Assembly: GCA_902774025.1 (NCBI GenBank)
Contig: CACYGY010000003.1
Span: forward strand, 17,480-81,479
From: an uncultured Eubacteriales bacterium
Lineage (GTDB): Bacteria; Bacillota; Clostridia; Christensenellales; Aristaeellaceae
Reading direction: 5' to 3'
Length of the DNA stretch: 64,000 nucleotides
Below, piece after piece: positions 49,645-58,170 of this stretch. How positions within the stretch are numbered: the first letter of the stretch is position 1; each line of letters opens with the position of its first letter. A program made the translations under genes and the position numbers. The notes under the pieces were generated by a model. The model worked only from the letters and a program-made list of their open reading frames with translations, did no database searches and had not been told where the DNA came from.

Positions 49645-50502
49645 TTATTCAGCAGGGCGGCCGCAGCCCAGGGAAATGCCCAGGCGGTCCGCCAGGTCGT
49701 GGACGAACAGGGAAGCGAGACGGTAATCTTCCTTCTCCGTCATATGTTCCAGCATCAGGGTCACCTGGTCCGGAAGCTGTGAGGCACAGGTGAGCAGCGT
49801 GGGATAGTCCAGTCCCCCGGTGCCGGGCCTGCATTCGCTCAGGTGCACGGTGAGTTCCTGGCTGAGGGTGATATCCTTGGCATGGATGCTCCGGATCCAT
49901 GGGCCCACCTTCCGGAACCATTCCTGAATGACCTCACGGTTCCGGTAGTAGAGGGAGGGGCTGGAAAGAACGTTCACCAGGTCCACATGGGCGGCAAAGC
50001 CCGGCCGGTCCACGGCATGGATCAGCTGAAGGCAGGTGTCCGCGCTGTCCGGATACATCCAGGGCATGGGCTCCAGGGTGTAGAAGGTGTGAAGGGGTCT
50101 GACCGTGTCCAGGATTTTCTGCGTGCAGCGCGTGATGTCCTCAAAGGCCCTGGGGGTGAGGTTGTCCGGATGATGTCCGTCCCATACCTCCGGGTCGTAG
50201 GAACCGGCTATGTTGACACAGCAGTTGGCTCGGACATAGTCCGCAAGCTCCAGCTGACGGACAGCCCGCTCCATGGCGGACGCCCGCTTTTCCGCGTCGG
50301 GATGCAGGAGATTGTTCCATATGCCCACCTCGGCGATGGTCAGATGGAAGGCATGCGCCGCCTGGACGTACCGGTCAATTTCCCGCTGAGGGGCGGTGTA
50401 GTCCAGGGGAAAGTAGACAGCGCTGTAACCGAGACTCCGGGCCTGCAGAGCCCAGGCCTCACAGTTCTCAAAGGGTCCGAAAAGATTGCCTCCGAATTTC
50501 AA
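49645..50502 (-). CDS. Sugar phosphate isomerase/epimerase (xylose-isomerase-like TIM barrel)
   Basis: Size and pattern (AVYFPLDY, NIAGSY, LEPMPW, IHAKD, LEHM) fit the AP-endonuclease-2 / TIM-barrel family. A TTG start overlaps the upstream TGA (TTGA), and there is no in-frame ATG for about 75 codons. Confidence 0.65.
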   Translation of the reverse strand: MKFGGNLFGPFENCEAWALQARSLGYSAVYFPLDYTAPQREIDRYVQAAHAFHLTIAEVGIWNNLLHPDAEKRASAMERAVRQLELADYVRANCCVNIAGSYDPEVWDGHHPDNLTPRAFEDITRCTQKILDTVRPLHTFYTLEPMPWMYPDSADTCLQLIHAVDRPGFAAHVDLVNVLSSPSLYYRNREVIQEWFRKVGPWIRSIHAKDITLSQELTVHLSECRPGTGGLDYPTLLTCASQLPDQVTLMLEHMTEKEDYRLASLFVHDLADRLGISLGCGRPAE

Positions 50503-51623
50503 GCTTCACATACCTGCCTTTCACAGATTGCCTGCAGGTCCGGGAGCACCAGGCGGGCAAAGGCCATGGCGCCCTCCATATGCAGGTGCGTGTTGTCGGA
50601 CAGGCCCCGGGGATAATTGGGATGTCCCGGGGCAACATGACAGTAGAGATGCCGGGTTTCCTCCTCCGTCATGGACGCAAGATATTGTTCAGCCCGCTCT
50701 TCCATGTCCAGACAGAGAAGATTTTCCCGTCGGGCCAGAGCGCGGATGATCCCCGGGTAAATGCCATGGGTCCGTTTCAGCCCTCCGTCTTCGTAACACC
50801 GCCGGGGGAGGGGGGTGAGGAGAACAGGAAGGGCTCCGCGGCGTCGGGCGGCATCCACGTACATCATGAGGTACAGGGGAAAGGTGGCTTCGTGGGTGCA
50901 CCGTTCCCGGTCCGGCTTTTCGTCGTTGTGGGAGAACTGGATCAAAAGGACATCCCCGGGCCGCAGGCAGAGCTCAATGAGACTCAGACGGCCCTCCGAG
51001 ATGAAGGACTTGGAGGACCGGCCGCAGACGGCGCAGTTCTGAACATCCAGTCCGGTCAGCGCCTGAAGCGCCTGCCCCCAGCCGGTCATGGGGGACTGGT
51101 CCGGGGGATAGTCTGCCATGGTGGAGTCACCGCAGAGGTAGAACGTGGGTTCAGAGCCGGAAAACACATCGGGTGAGGAGAAGGATGAAGCGTTTTCCTC
51201 CGGGAGACGGCAGTTCCTGAACCGGGCCCGGCCTCCACGGAATTCGGGGGGAGAGGAGATTTCACAGTCCTCCAGGCATGCATTGCCTGCTTCGAAACAC
51301 AGGGATGAAAAAGTGCAGGCGCGCAGGGTGATCCGGTTCCCCTGCACACGGACCGGCGGGGTGTGGTCCTGATGAAAGACCAGGTTTTCCATCTGAAGGT
51401 CACTGCCCTGAAGGCACAGGGCGTCTTCCTGAGGCAGAAGGAAGGTGCGCTTCGGATCTTCCCCCACAAGCCGCACGCGGCTTCGGGAAATCACGCCGAG
51501 GCGGTGCTCCCCGGTGCGCAGGACCAGCGTGAGAGGGCCGTGGGGGCGGGAAGGCGCCTGTTCCAGAGCTTCCCGGAGGCTTCTGAAGTCACCGGAAGCG
51601 TCAGGTGCGACGGTATAGATCAT
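50499..51623 (-). CDS. Fusion of a truncated pectinesterase-like beta-helix module with a CE12-type SGNH rhamnogalacturonan acetylesterase
   Basis: Residues 1-150 start like a CE8 (YTVAPDASGDFRSLREALEQAP) but lack the QDT and DFIFG catalytic motifs. Residues 165-374 carry LCGDSTMADY, GWGQ, GRSSKSF and the SGNH block V DNTHL. Confidence 0.6.
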   Translation of the reverse strand: MIYTVAPDASGDFRSLREALEQAPSRPHGPLTLVLRTGEHRLGVISRSRVRLVGEDPKRTFLLPQEDALCLQGSDLQMENLVFHQDHTPPVRVQGNRITLRACTFSSLCFEAGNACLEDCEISSPPEFRGGRARFRNCRLPEENASSFSSPDVFSGSEPTFYLCGDSTMADYPPDQSPMTGWGQALQALTGLDVQNCAVCGRSSKSFISEGRLSLIELCLRPGDVLLIQFSHNDEKPDRERCTHEATFPLYLMMYVDAARRRGALPVLLTPLPRRCYEDGGLKRTHGIYPGIIRALARRENLLCLDMEERAEQYLASMTEEETRHLYCHVAPGHPNYPRGLSDNTHLHMEGAMAFARLVLPDLQAICERQVCEA

Positions 51624-52279
51624 TGGAGTGCCTCCTTCAGGGGAAGGTTCAGGGCGAGGAGTCCCTGACAGACAAAGGACGCCATGGCCTCAGCCCCTTC
51701 CCGCCGTGTATGGGCATCGTCCTGAAGCCCCCGGGGGTGGGCCTCGCTTTCTCCCGGGGAAAGGTGCATAAACCATTTCCGGCTGCCCTCATCCCCCAGG
51801 GCATCTACCGCTTCAAGGCTGGATCGGTACAGGTCGATGAAGGGCACCTTTTCCGCTCCGGCAAGGTGCTTCATGGCTCGGGGATAATCACCGTGGCTCT
51901 CAAGGAGACGGCCTTCCTGAAAGGTGCGCAGGCAGATGGGGGTGAGAAGCACGGGAATGGCGTCATAGGTCCTGGCTGTTTCCACAAAGATCCGCAGATT
52001 GTTGAGATAGGAAGTCCAGGGATCCGTATGTCTCCAGACCAGGGTATGCTCATCGTTGTGGGCAAACTGGATCAGCAGAAGATCCCCCGGCTCCAGCATC
52101 TTTTCCGCTTCCACCAGACGGCCTTCCGAAATGAAGGACTTGGTGCTGCGTCCGGGAAAGGCAAGATTGATCACTTCGGGCCTGACATATTCAGGCAGAA
52201 CCTGTCCCCATCCCGTCATGGGACGGTCCCTCTCCGCATAGGAGGCGGCGGTGGAATCACCGCAGATGATGATTTTCAT
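51620..52279 (-). CDS. CE12-type SGNH rhamnogalacturonan acetylesterase
   Basis: Starts MKIIICGDSTAASY, followed by GWGQ, GRSTKSF and DDAHT. ATG 52279 lies 6 nt after AAGGAG. The stop overlaps the next start (ATGA). Confidence 0.75.
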   Translation of the reverse strand: MKIIICGDSTAASYAERDRPMTGWGQVLPEYVRPEVINLAFPGRSTKSFISEGRLVEAEKMLEPGDLLLIQFAHNDEHTLVWRHTDPWTSYLNNLRIFVETARTYDAIPVLLTPICLRTFQEGRLLESHGDYPRAMKHLAGAEKVPFIDLYRSSLEAVDALGDEGSRKWFMHLSPGESEAHPRGLQDDAHTRREGAEAMASFVCQGLLALNLPLKEALQ

Positions 52280-52310
52280 GGGTGCTCCTTTTCTCAGGTG
52301 GGCTACGGAC

Positions 52311-52338
52311 ATGATACGCCGGAATCCGGGAAAATCAA
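52311..52338 (-). promoter_or_regulatory. Promoter of the CE12-...-glgX operon
   Basis: Minus strand reads TTGATT, 16-nt spacer, TATCAT. Confidence 0.5.
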
Positions 52339-52354
52339 CCGTCCGCATCCCCTT

Positions 52355-52384
52355 CTTGTCATCCGGGCGTGACAAGGGTAGAAT
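52355..52384 (+). promoter_or_regulatory. Malic-enzyme operon promoter overlapped by a perfect inverted repeat (candidate operator)
   Basis: TTGTCA (52356-52361), 17-nt spacer, TAGAAT (52379-52384). The inverted repeat CTTGTCA-N8-TGACAAG spans 52355-52376. Confidence 0.55.
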
Positions 52385-52416
52385 GACCGGAGAAAACCCG
52401 CAGGATGGAGGAAGAG

Positions 52417-53589
52417 ATGATGAATTACGCGGAGGAGTCCCTGCGTCTGCACGAGGCGTGGAAAGGCAAGATTGAGGTGGTGTCAAGGGTTCAGGTGAAG
52501 AGCCGGGAGGATCTGTCTCTGGCCTACACACCCGGTGTGGCGCAGCCCTGCCTGGAAATCCAGAAGGATTATGACCGCTCCTTTACCCTGACCCGCCGGA
52601 GCAATCTGGTGGCGGTCATCACCGACGGCACGGCCGTGCTGGGCCTGGGGGATATCGGGCCGGAGGCGGGTATGCCGGTCATGGAAGGCAAGTGTGCCCT
52701 GTTCAAGACCTTCGGGGGCGTGGATGCATTCCCCATCTGCATCCGTTCCAGGGATGTGGACGAGATCGTCCGGACCGTTTATCTCATCTCCGGAAGCTTC
52801 GGAGGCATCAATCTGGAAGATATTGCGGCGCCAAGGTGTTTTGAGATTGAAAAAAGGCTCCAGGAGATCTGTGATATCCCCGTGTTCCATGATGACCAGC
52901 ATGGCACCGCCATTGTGGTGGGCGCGGCCATGCTCAATGCCCTGAAGGTGACCGGGAGAAAACCGGAGGACACCCGGGTGGTGATCAACGGGGCGGGGTC
53001 CGCCGGCATTGCCATTGCCCGGCATCTCCTGAACATGGGGATCCGGCATATGAAACTGGTGGACCGCTCCGGGATTCTCTGCCGGGGGCTGGAGATGAAT
53101 CCGGTACAGGCGGAGATGGCGGAGAGGACCAATCCGGAAATGCTCAGCGGAAGCCTGAAGACCGCCATGGAAGGCGCGGATGTGTTCATCGGGGTCAGCG
53201 CCCCCGGTGTGGTGTCAGGGGATATGATCCGGTGCATGGCAGACCGGCCTGTTGTCTTTCCCATGGCCAATCCCGTTCCGGAGATCGGACGGGATGAGGC
53301 ACTGGAAGCCGGGGCCGCCGTGGTGGGCACGGGCCGGAGCGATCTGCCCAATCAGATCAACAATGTCCTGGTCTTTCCGGGTCTGTTCCGGGGCGCCCTG
53401 GACGTGCGTGCCCGGGAAATCAACCTGGAGATGAAGCTGGCGGCCACCCGTGCTCTGGCGGATCTGGTTTCGGAGGAAGAACTGTCGGACACCTATATTC
53501 TGCCCCTGGCCTTTGACTCCCGGGTGGGTCCCGCGGTGGCCTCGGCGGTGGCGGAGGCGGCAAGGAGAAGCGGCGTGGCGCGCGCCTGA
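52417..53589 (+). CDS. NAD(P)-dependent malic enzyme (short form)
   Basis: Malic-enzyme pattern LSLAYTPGVA, VITDGTAVLGLGDIG, PVMEGKCALFK and NGAGSAGIA. ATG 52417 follows GGAGGAAGAG; the track start at 52405 lies inside the SD. Confidence 0.9.
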   Translation: MMNYAEESLRLHEAWKGKIEVVSRVQVKSREDLSLAYTPGVAQPCLEIQKDYDRSFTLTRRSNLVAVITDGTAVLGLGDIGPEAGMPVMEGKCALFKTFGGVDAFPICIRSRDVDEIVRTVYLISGSFGGINLEDIAAPRCFEIEKRLQEICDIPVFHDDQHGTAIVVGAAMLNALKVTGRKPEDTRVVINGAGSAGIAIARHLLNMGIRHMKLVDRSGILCRGLEMNPVQAEMAERTNPEMLSGSLKTAMEGADVFIGVSAPGVVSGDMIRCMADRPVVFPMANPVPEIGRDEALEAGAAVVGTGRSDLPNQINNVLVFPGLFRGALDVRAREINLEMKLAATRALADLVSEEELSDTYILPLAFDSRVGPAVASAVAEAARRSGVARA

Positions 53590-53600
53590 AGGAGGCAGAC

Positions 53601-54227
53601 ATGGAAGCGGTAACCTATGGACTGGCCGGGTTGTTTCTGCTGGCGGTGATTCTGTACTTTTTCAGGGGAGAGAAACTGCAGGCTCCCAGTGTGCCCAGGG
53701 CCGTATACAAGATTATTCCCACCTCCCTGTGTGCGCTTCTGGCTCTGTCCTTTGCCATCCGGGGAAGCGGGAATTACGCGTGGCTGCTTTTTGCGGGCCT
53801 GGTGGTCTGCGCCCTGGCGGACTGGCTGCTGGAGTTCCGCTTTCTGGCGGGCATGGGTGCCTTCGGCTGCGGGCATATTCTCTACTGTCTGGGCTATGCC
53901 CTGGCAGCGCCGGTGACCATGAGAAGCCTGTGGGTTTTCCTGGGCCTGTTCGGAGTGGTTTTCCTGATCTGGCTGCGTCTGCGGTCCAAACTGGATCAGG
54001 CGCCTCTGTTCCTGGTCTATGCCTGTGTGCTCTGCGCCATGGCGTCCCTGGCATCCGGTCTAACGCCCCTTCTCATGGCGGGGGGACTGCTGTTCGTGGT
54101 TTCGGATCTGATGATCGGGATCCGTCTGGCCATGAATATCCGGAACAAAGGATACGGCGTCGCCATTATGGTGACCTATTACGCCGCCCAGTTCCTGATT
54201 GCCTGGAGCGCGGGGCATCTCGTGTGA
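53601..54227 (+). CDS. YhhN-family membrane protein (lysoplasmalogenase-like)
   Basis: About 208 aa and seven to eight helices, with a YhhN-like GLVVCALADWLLE segment. GAAGGAGG SD. Confidence 0.55.
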   Translation: MEAVTYGLAGLFLLAVILYFFRGEKLQAPSVPRAVYKIIPTSLCALLALSFAIRGSGNYAWLLFAGLVVCALADWLLEFRFLAGMGAFGCGHILYCLGYALAAPVTMRSLWVFLGLFGVVFLIWLRLRSKLDQAPLFLVYACVLCAMASLASGLTPLLMAGGLLFVVSDLMIGIRLAMNIRNKGYGVAIMVTYYAAQFLIAWSAGHLV

Positions 54228-54243
54228 GAAAGGAGGGGAAAGC

Positions 54244-55533
54244 ATGGATTTTTATCCCGAAACCTTCGGAGCTCTTGGTGACGGCCGGACGGATGACGGC
54301 CGGGCTCTGCAGGAGGCCATCAATGCCTGCTGCGCCTGTGGCGGCGGCCGGGTCATTCTACGCAGCGGCCGGATTTATCTCAGTCATTCCCTGATGCTCC
54401 GTTCCCGGGTGGAACTGCATCTGGAAAACGGAAGCACTCTTCGGGCCAGCGGCGAGCTTGAGAGCTATTTCCGCCCGGACCAGCCGGAAAGGGATGGAAA
54501 TGCCTCAAAGGTGGGTACACCGGTGACCGGCAAGCCCTCCTATGTCTTCCTCTACGGTCTTGGCTGCCATCACCTGTGCGTCAGCGGTCAGGGCACCATT
54601 GACGGAAACGGATATGCTTTTGTCCGGCGTGTCAGTCCGTATTATGTGACGGGGGATTTTTATCCCAGACCCACGCTGTGCTATCTGGAAAACTGTCAGC
54701 ACGTGACGGTCCGGGACGTGACCATGTGCAGAGTGCCCTTCTGGACACTGCATCTGGGGGGCTGCAGGGACGTGCTTCTGGACAGTCTGCGGATTCTCAA
54801 TCCCCTGGATGTGGCCAACAGTGACGGCATTGATGTGGACCACAGCCAGTATGTCCGGATCCGCTCCTGCCATGTGGAATGCGCGGATGACTGCATATGC
54901 ATGAAGAACACACTGGGGAATCATGAGTATGAGCCCACCTCCCATGTGATCGTGGAGGGCTGTACACTCATCTCCACCAGTGCGGCGCTGAAAATCGGCA
55001 CGGAGGGCGTGGATGACTTTTCCAACATAACCTTTGCCCACTGTATGATTGACAGAAGCAACCGGGGCATATCCATTCAGGTCAGGGACGCCGGTCAGGT
55101 CAGAAATGTGCACTTCCAGGACATCATGATCCACACCCGGCGGTTTGCGGAGAACTGGTGGGGCTGCGGTGAGGCCATTGCCGTTACCGCCTTTGACCGG
55201 GACGGTTCCGTGCCCGGGGGCGGGATTGAGCATATTCTGTTCCGCGATATTGTCTGCGAAGGGGAAAACGGTGTTTTCCTGGCCGGGATGCCCGGGCGGA
55301 TCCGGGACGTACGCATGGAGGGCGTCCGGGTGCGGCTGGAGCGCACAAGCCGCTGGCCCCTGGACCGGTATGACCTGAGGCCGGGGGCGGGTACCGGGAT
55401 CATGGAGCGGAAAACCGTGCCCTTCCTGTCCATGGGGGCGGACGTAAGACTGCTGGATGTGATTCTGGAAGACGAAAACGGCCGGATGTGCCGGCCGGTG
55501 ATGGAAGCGGAGTCTCCGACCCTGAACCTGTAG
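54244..55533 (+). CDS. GH28 polygalacturonase-family hydrolase
   Basis: N-terminal FGALGDGRTDDGRALQEAINAC, catalytic-region NSDGIDVD and ADDCICMK, and RGISIQ. ATG 54244 follows AGGAGGGGA. Confidence 0.8.
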   Translation: MDFYPETFGALGDGRTDDGRALQEAINACCACGGGRVILRSGRIYLSHSLMLRSRVELHLENGSTLRASGELESYFRPDQPERDGNASKVGTPVTGKPSYVFLYGLGCHHLCVSGQGTIDGNGYAFVRRVSPYYVTGDFYPRPTLCYLENCQHVTVRDVTMCRVPFWTLHLGGCRDVLLDSLRILNPLDVANSDGIDVDHSQYVRIRSCHVECADDCICMKNTLGNHEYEPTSHVIVEGCTLISTSAALKIGTEGVDDFSNITFAHCMIDRSNRGISIQVRDAGQVRNVHFQDIMIHTRRFAENWWGCGEAIAVTAFDRDGSVPGGGIEHILFRDIVCEGENGVFLAGMPGRIRDVRMEGVRVRLERTSRWPLDRYDLRPGAGTGIMERKTVPFLSMGADVRLLDVILEDENGRMCRPVMEAESPTLNL

Positions 55534-55567
55534 GGCAGTCTTTTTCGGGGAATACGCACAGACAGTG

Positions 55568-55600
55568 AGGAGGGGATGGTCTTTGTGACCATCCCCTCCT
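55568..55600. terminator. 14-bp hairpin between the convergent GH28 and HAD genes (no clear U tract)
   Basis: AGGAGGGGATGGTC-TTTGT-GACCATCCCCTCCT. Confidence 0.35.
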
Positions 55601-55620
55601 GATGTTAAACAGGTCCGGAA

Positions 55621-56406
55621 TCAGATGAGTTCCAGTTTTTCCATGGCATTCAGAAGGCCGTCTTCCTCGGCTCTTCCGGTGACAAGGGTACACAGATCCT
55701 GCACCGGTTTCGGGGCGTTGCCCATGCACACGGAAACAGGGCAGGTGGAGAGCATGCCCAGATCATTGGTGCTGTCTCCGAAGGCAATGCAATCCTCCAG
55801 AGAGCGATGCAGATAGTCCGCCACGAAACGGATGGCCGTTCCTTTGTCGTATTGATCCGGGGTGATTTCCCATCCCCGTGGATGGCCGCCCCGGTCTATG
55901 GGGCAGACGGGCCAGGGGAGCATCTGCTGCAGGTTCCGGATCTGTCCGGGATCCTCTGAGAAGAGGAAGAACTTCTGGAAGGTGAAGTCTTCGTCCTCAG
56001 TGCTTCCCAGGATTCCGAGACGCAAAAGATACGACTGCAGACGCTGCGAAAAGGAACCTGCCGGAAAAAGCGGGTCCAGGGAGATCTTCTCCCGGCCCTC
56101 ATAATATCCTTCAAGGGACAGGGAACGGACAGCCTCCAGGATCCGGCGGGACTGGGCATGGTCATAGCTTACCGACAGAATCAGCTGTTTCTCCAGCTCG
56201 ATATGACACCCGCAGGCGCACAGATATCCGTCAAAGGGGAAGTTCCGGAGCTGGGGATCAATATGGCAGGGCACACGGCCGGTGTTTATGAAGATACGGT
56301 GGCCCGCCTGTTTTGCCCGGCGCAGTGCCCGGACCGCGCTTTCGGGAAGAACCGTGGTGTGATCCGGATACAGCGTGCCGTCAATATCAAAGAAAAGAAG
56401 TTTCAT
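55621..56406 (-). CDS. Cof-type HAD-IIB phosphatase
   Basis: MKLLFFDIDGTL (motif I), INTGR (motif II) and GDSTNDLGM (motif IV). Confidence 0.85.
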   Translation of the reverse strand: MKLLFFDIDGTLYPDHTTVLPESAVRALRRAKQAGHRIFINTGRVPCHIDPQLRNFPFDGYLCACGCHIELEKQLILSVSYDHAQSRRILEAVRSLSLEGYYEGREKISLDPLFPAGSFSQRLQSYLLRLGILGSTEDEDFTFQKFFLFSEDPGQIRNLQQMLPWPVCPIDRGGHPRGWEITPDQYDKGTAIRFVADYLHRSLEDCIAFGDSTNDLGMLSTCPVSVCMGNAPKPVQDLCTLVTGRAEEDGLLNAMEKLELI

Positions 56407-56415
56407 GCGATCCTT

Positions 56416-57813
56416 TCAGCATTTGCCCAGAACGGAAGGCCGCCTGACCCGGGCACCGGTGGAGGGGCGGTCTGTTTCCAGTACGATACCCTTCACATCT
56501 CCGGGGAGCAGGACTTCGTCCCCCACATCATAGAGCTCATGGTCTGCCCGGAACCAACCGGTCCTGCCCGTGGAAAGGCGTACCTTCAGACACAGTGTGC
56601 CATGATCCGGAAGGGAGGGTTCCTGAAGGGTGCTGACAGACAGGTAGGGATAGAGACGGCGGAACAGAAGAAAGGCGGCCTCAAAAGCCTGGGGATGGGG
56701 CACTTCTTCCGGGATTCCCTGAAAGTCCAGCCTGTCCCCGTAGACTGAGACGGCATGCATTTCAAAATCCGGACTTTCGGAGAGCGTGTTGGCCGACGGA
56801 GCAATGAGATTGGGAAAAGGCTGCGGCAGGGTGTCCAGAAAATGAGACGCCAGATCTCCCAGGTGCCAGCTGGTTTCCAGGACCGGTTTATGATCCAGCT
56901 GCACCTCCCAGGTCATCAGAGAAGTGGAACGATTCAGAAAAAGCTGCTCATGGCGAACCCGGCCATTTTCCATTTTTCTATTTCTGGCGCATACAAGGCT
57001 GCGGATGGACTGGGAAAAGTCGTCCACACCCCAGAGGGTGGGAACGGACAGATACGTCCGGAGCATGTCGGAGAACTCGCAGCGTTCGCCGGACAGGCCT
57101 GGGCCCGGAACGCCGCACCGTTTCAGCGTCTGCCCCTGCAGATTCTGAAAAGTCAGCGTATAGGAGGCGGGCGTGCTTCCCTCAGGTACTGATTCCTCAT
57201 CCGCGTCGGCAAAAAGCAGAGCGTAGGCCAGAAGCTGAGCCTGCATGAGGGGCTGAATCTGAATGTCGCTGGTACGGGTGTTCCCGTCCCTGAGAATCCG
57301 GGTCAGCTGACACTGCCCTGTGTGATGAATGCTCAGGGTCTGTGTGACGGTATCCGGCTCTCTGACCGCGCTTGCGCTGCCGGGGGCACAGGTTACCGTA
57401 AGGTTCATGGAGGCCAGGCTGGTCAGGGTAAAGGCGGAACAGCTGTCAACGGAAGGCGTGAGCTCACAGATTCTTTCAAGGACCGGAATAAACCAGGCCC
57501 GGGCATCGCCTGTCAGCAGATTCGGTGCCTGAGGTCTGAGGGGGTACAGGGACAGGCAGCGTCCTGTGATGGCCGAGGCAAGAAGACCCGGACGGGTGAT
57601 CTGCGGCAGAACCGGCTTCATGGCCGCGGTGTCCTCCAGGACAGAGGGACCGTAGGCACGGATCAGTGTTTCACCAAAGTCCGGCGGATCGGCATGGCCG
57701 AGAAAAGTCTGAAAAAACAGGTCCTGGACCTGGGAAAGCCGCGTGTTTCTGTCCTGCATCATGCGCAGATAAAACCCGGCGTCCCCGTGAAGCCGGGAAG
57801 GATGAATGGGCAT
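56416..57813 (-). CDS. Hypothetical cytoplasmic protein (465 aa) with no recognisable motif
   Basis: ATG 57813 lies 6 nt after AGGAGG, with its own consensus promoter upstream. The stop is 9 nt before the HAD gene start. Composition is protein-like. Confidence 0.5.
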   Translation of the reverse strand: MPIHPSRLHGDAGFYLRMMQDRNTRLSQVQDLFFQTFLGHADPPDFGETLIRAYGPSVLEDTAAMKPVLPQITRPGLLASAITGRCLSLYPLRPQAPNLLTGDARAWFIPVLERICELTPSVDSCSAFTLTSLASMNLTVTCAPGSASAVREPDTVTQTLSIHHTGQCQLTRILRDGNTRTSDIQIQPLMQAQLLAYALLFADADEESVPEGSTPASYTLTFQNLQGQTLKRCGVPGPGLSGERCEFSDMLRTYLSVPTLWGVDDFSQSIRSLVCARNRKMENGRVRHEQLFLNRSTSLMTWEVQLDHKPVLETSWHLGDLASHFLDTLPQPFPNLIAPSANTLSESPDFEMHAVSVYGDRLDFQGIPEEVPHPQAFEAAFLLFRRLYPYLSVSTLQEPSLPDHGTLCLKVRLSTGRTGWFRADHELYDVGDEVLLPGDVKGIVLETDRPSTGARVRRPSVLGKC

Positions 57814-57844
57814 GCTGAGCCTCCTGTGAAAAATGTACGCAGGC

Positions 57845-57873
57845 ATTGTACATGAGGGAGAAGGGAAATACAA
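57845..57873 (-). promoter_or_regulatory. Promoter of the 465-aa hypothetical / HAD gene pair
   Basis: Minus strand reads TTGTAT, 17-nt spacer, TACAAT. Confidence 0.55.
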
Positions 57874-57900
57874 GATGCCGGGAAACAGTGGCGTGAAGCG

Positions 57901-57934
57901 CAAAAAAACGACAGAATCCATCCGATTCTGCCGT
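57901..57934 (-). terminator. Intrinsic terminator ending the opp operon
   Basis: Minus strand reads CGGCAGAATC-GGATG-GATTCTGTCG (one G-U pair) followed by TTTTTTTG. Confidence 0.8.
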
Positions 57935-57960
57935 TTTTTTCATTACTTCAGGAGAACACG

Positions 57961-58170
57961 TTAAAGGGCACCAAAGAGCAGCATGGGAATCAGGATGATG
58001 GCGGCCAGAACCAGCAGCAGGGGAGCAAAAGCCAGGAAAGCGCCCAGAACCATGGCCAGATAGTCACCCTTTTCCAGTTCCAGTTTTTCCATGCGCGAAT
58101 AATGGGCATCCAGTTCCTGCGGTGTCTTTTCCGCAGGCAGGCGTTTTTTCCATTTCTCCAGCAGGATCAT
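57961..58170 (-). CDS. Small membrane protein (69 aa) translationally coupled to oppF
   Basis: The ATG overlaps the oppF TGA (ATGA). A charged N-terminal half is followed by a hydrophobic tail of about 35 aa, and the operon terminator follows. Confidence 0.55.
   Translation of the reverse strand: MILLEKWKKRLPAEKTPQELDAHYSRMEKLELEKGDYLAMVLGAFLAFAPLLLVLAAIILIPMLLFGAL

Noticed and set aside
42138-49782. Three long plus-strand ORFs (42138-43937, 46174-48087 and 48097-49782).
   Set aside because: All three are antisense shadows of the SBP, GlgX and C69 dipeptidase genes. Each has low-complexity Gly/His/Ala/Pro composition and lacks an SD. The minus-strand genes have diagnostic motifs (GH13 regions, an N-terminal Cys nucleophile, a signal peptide).
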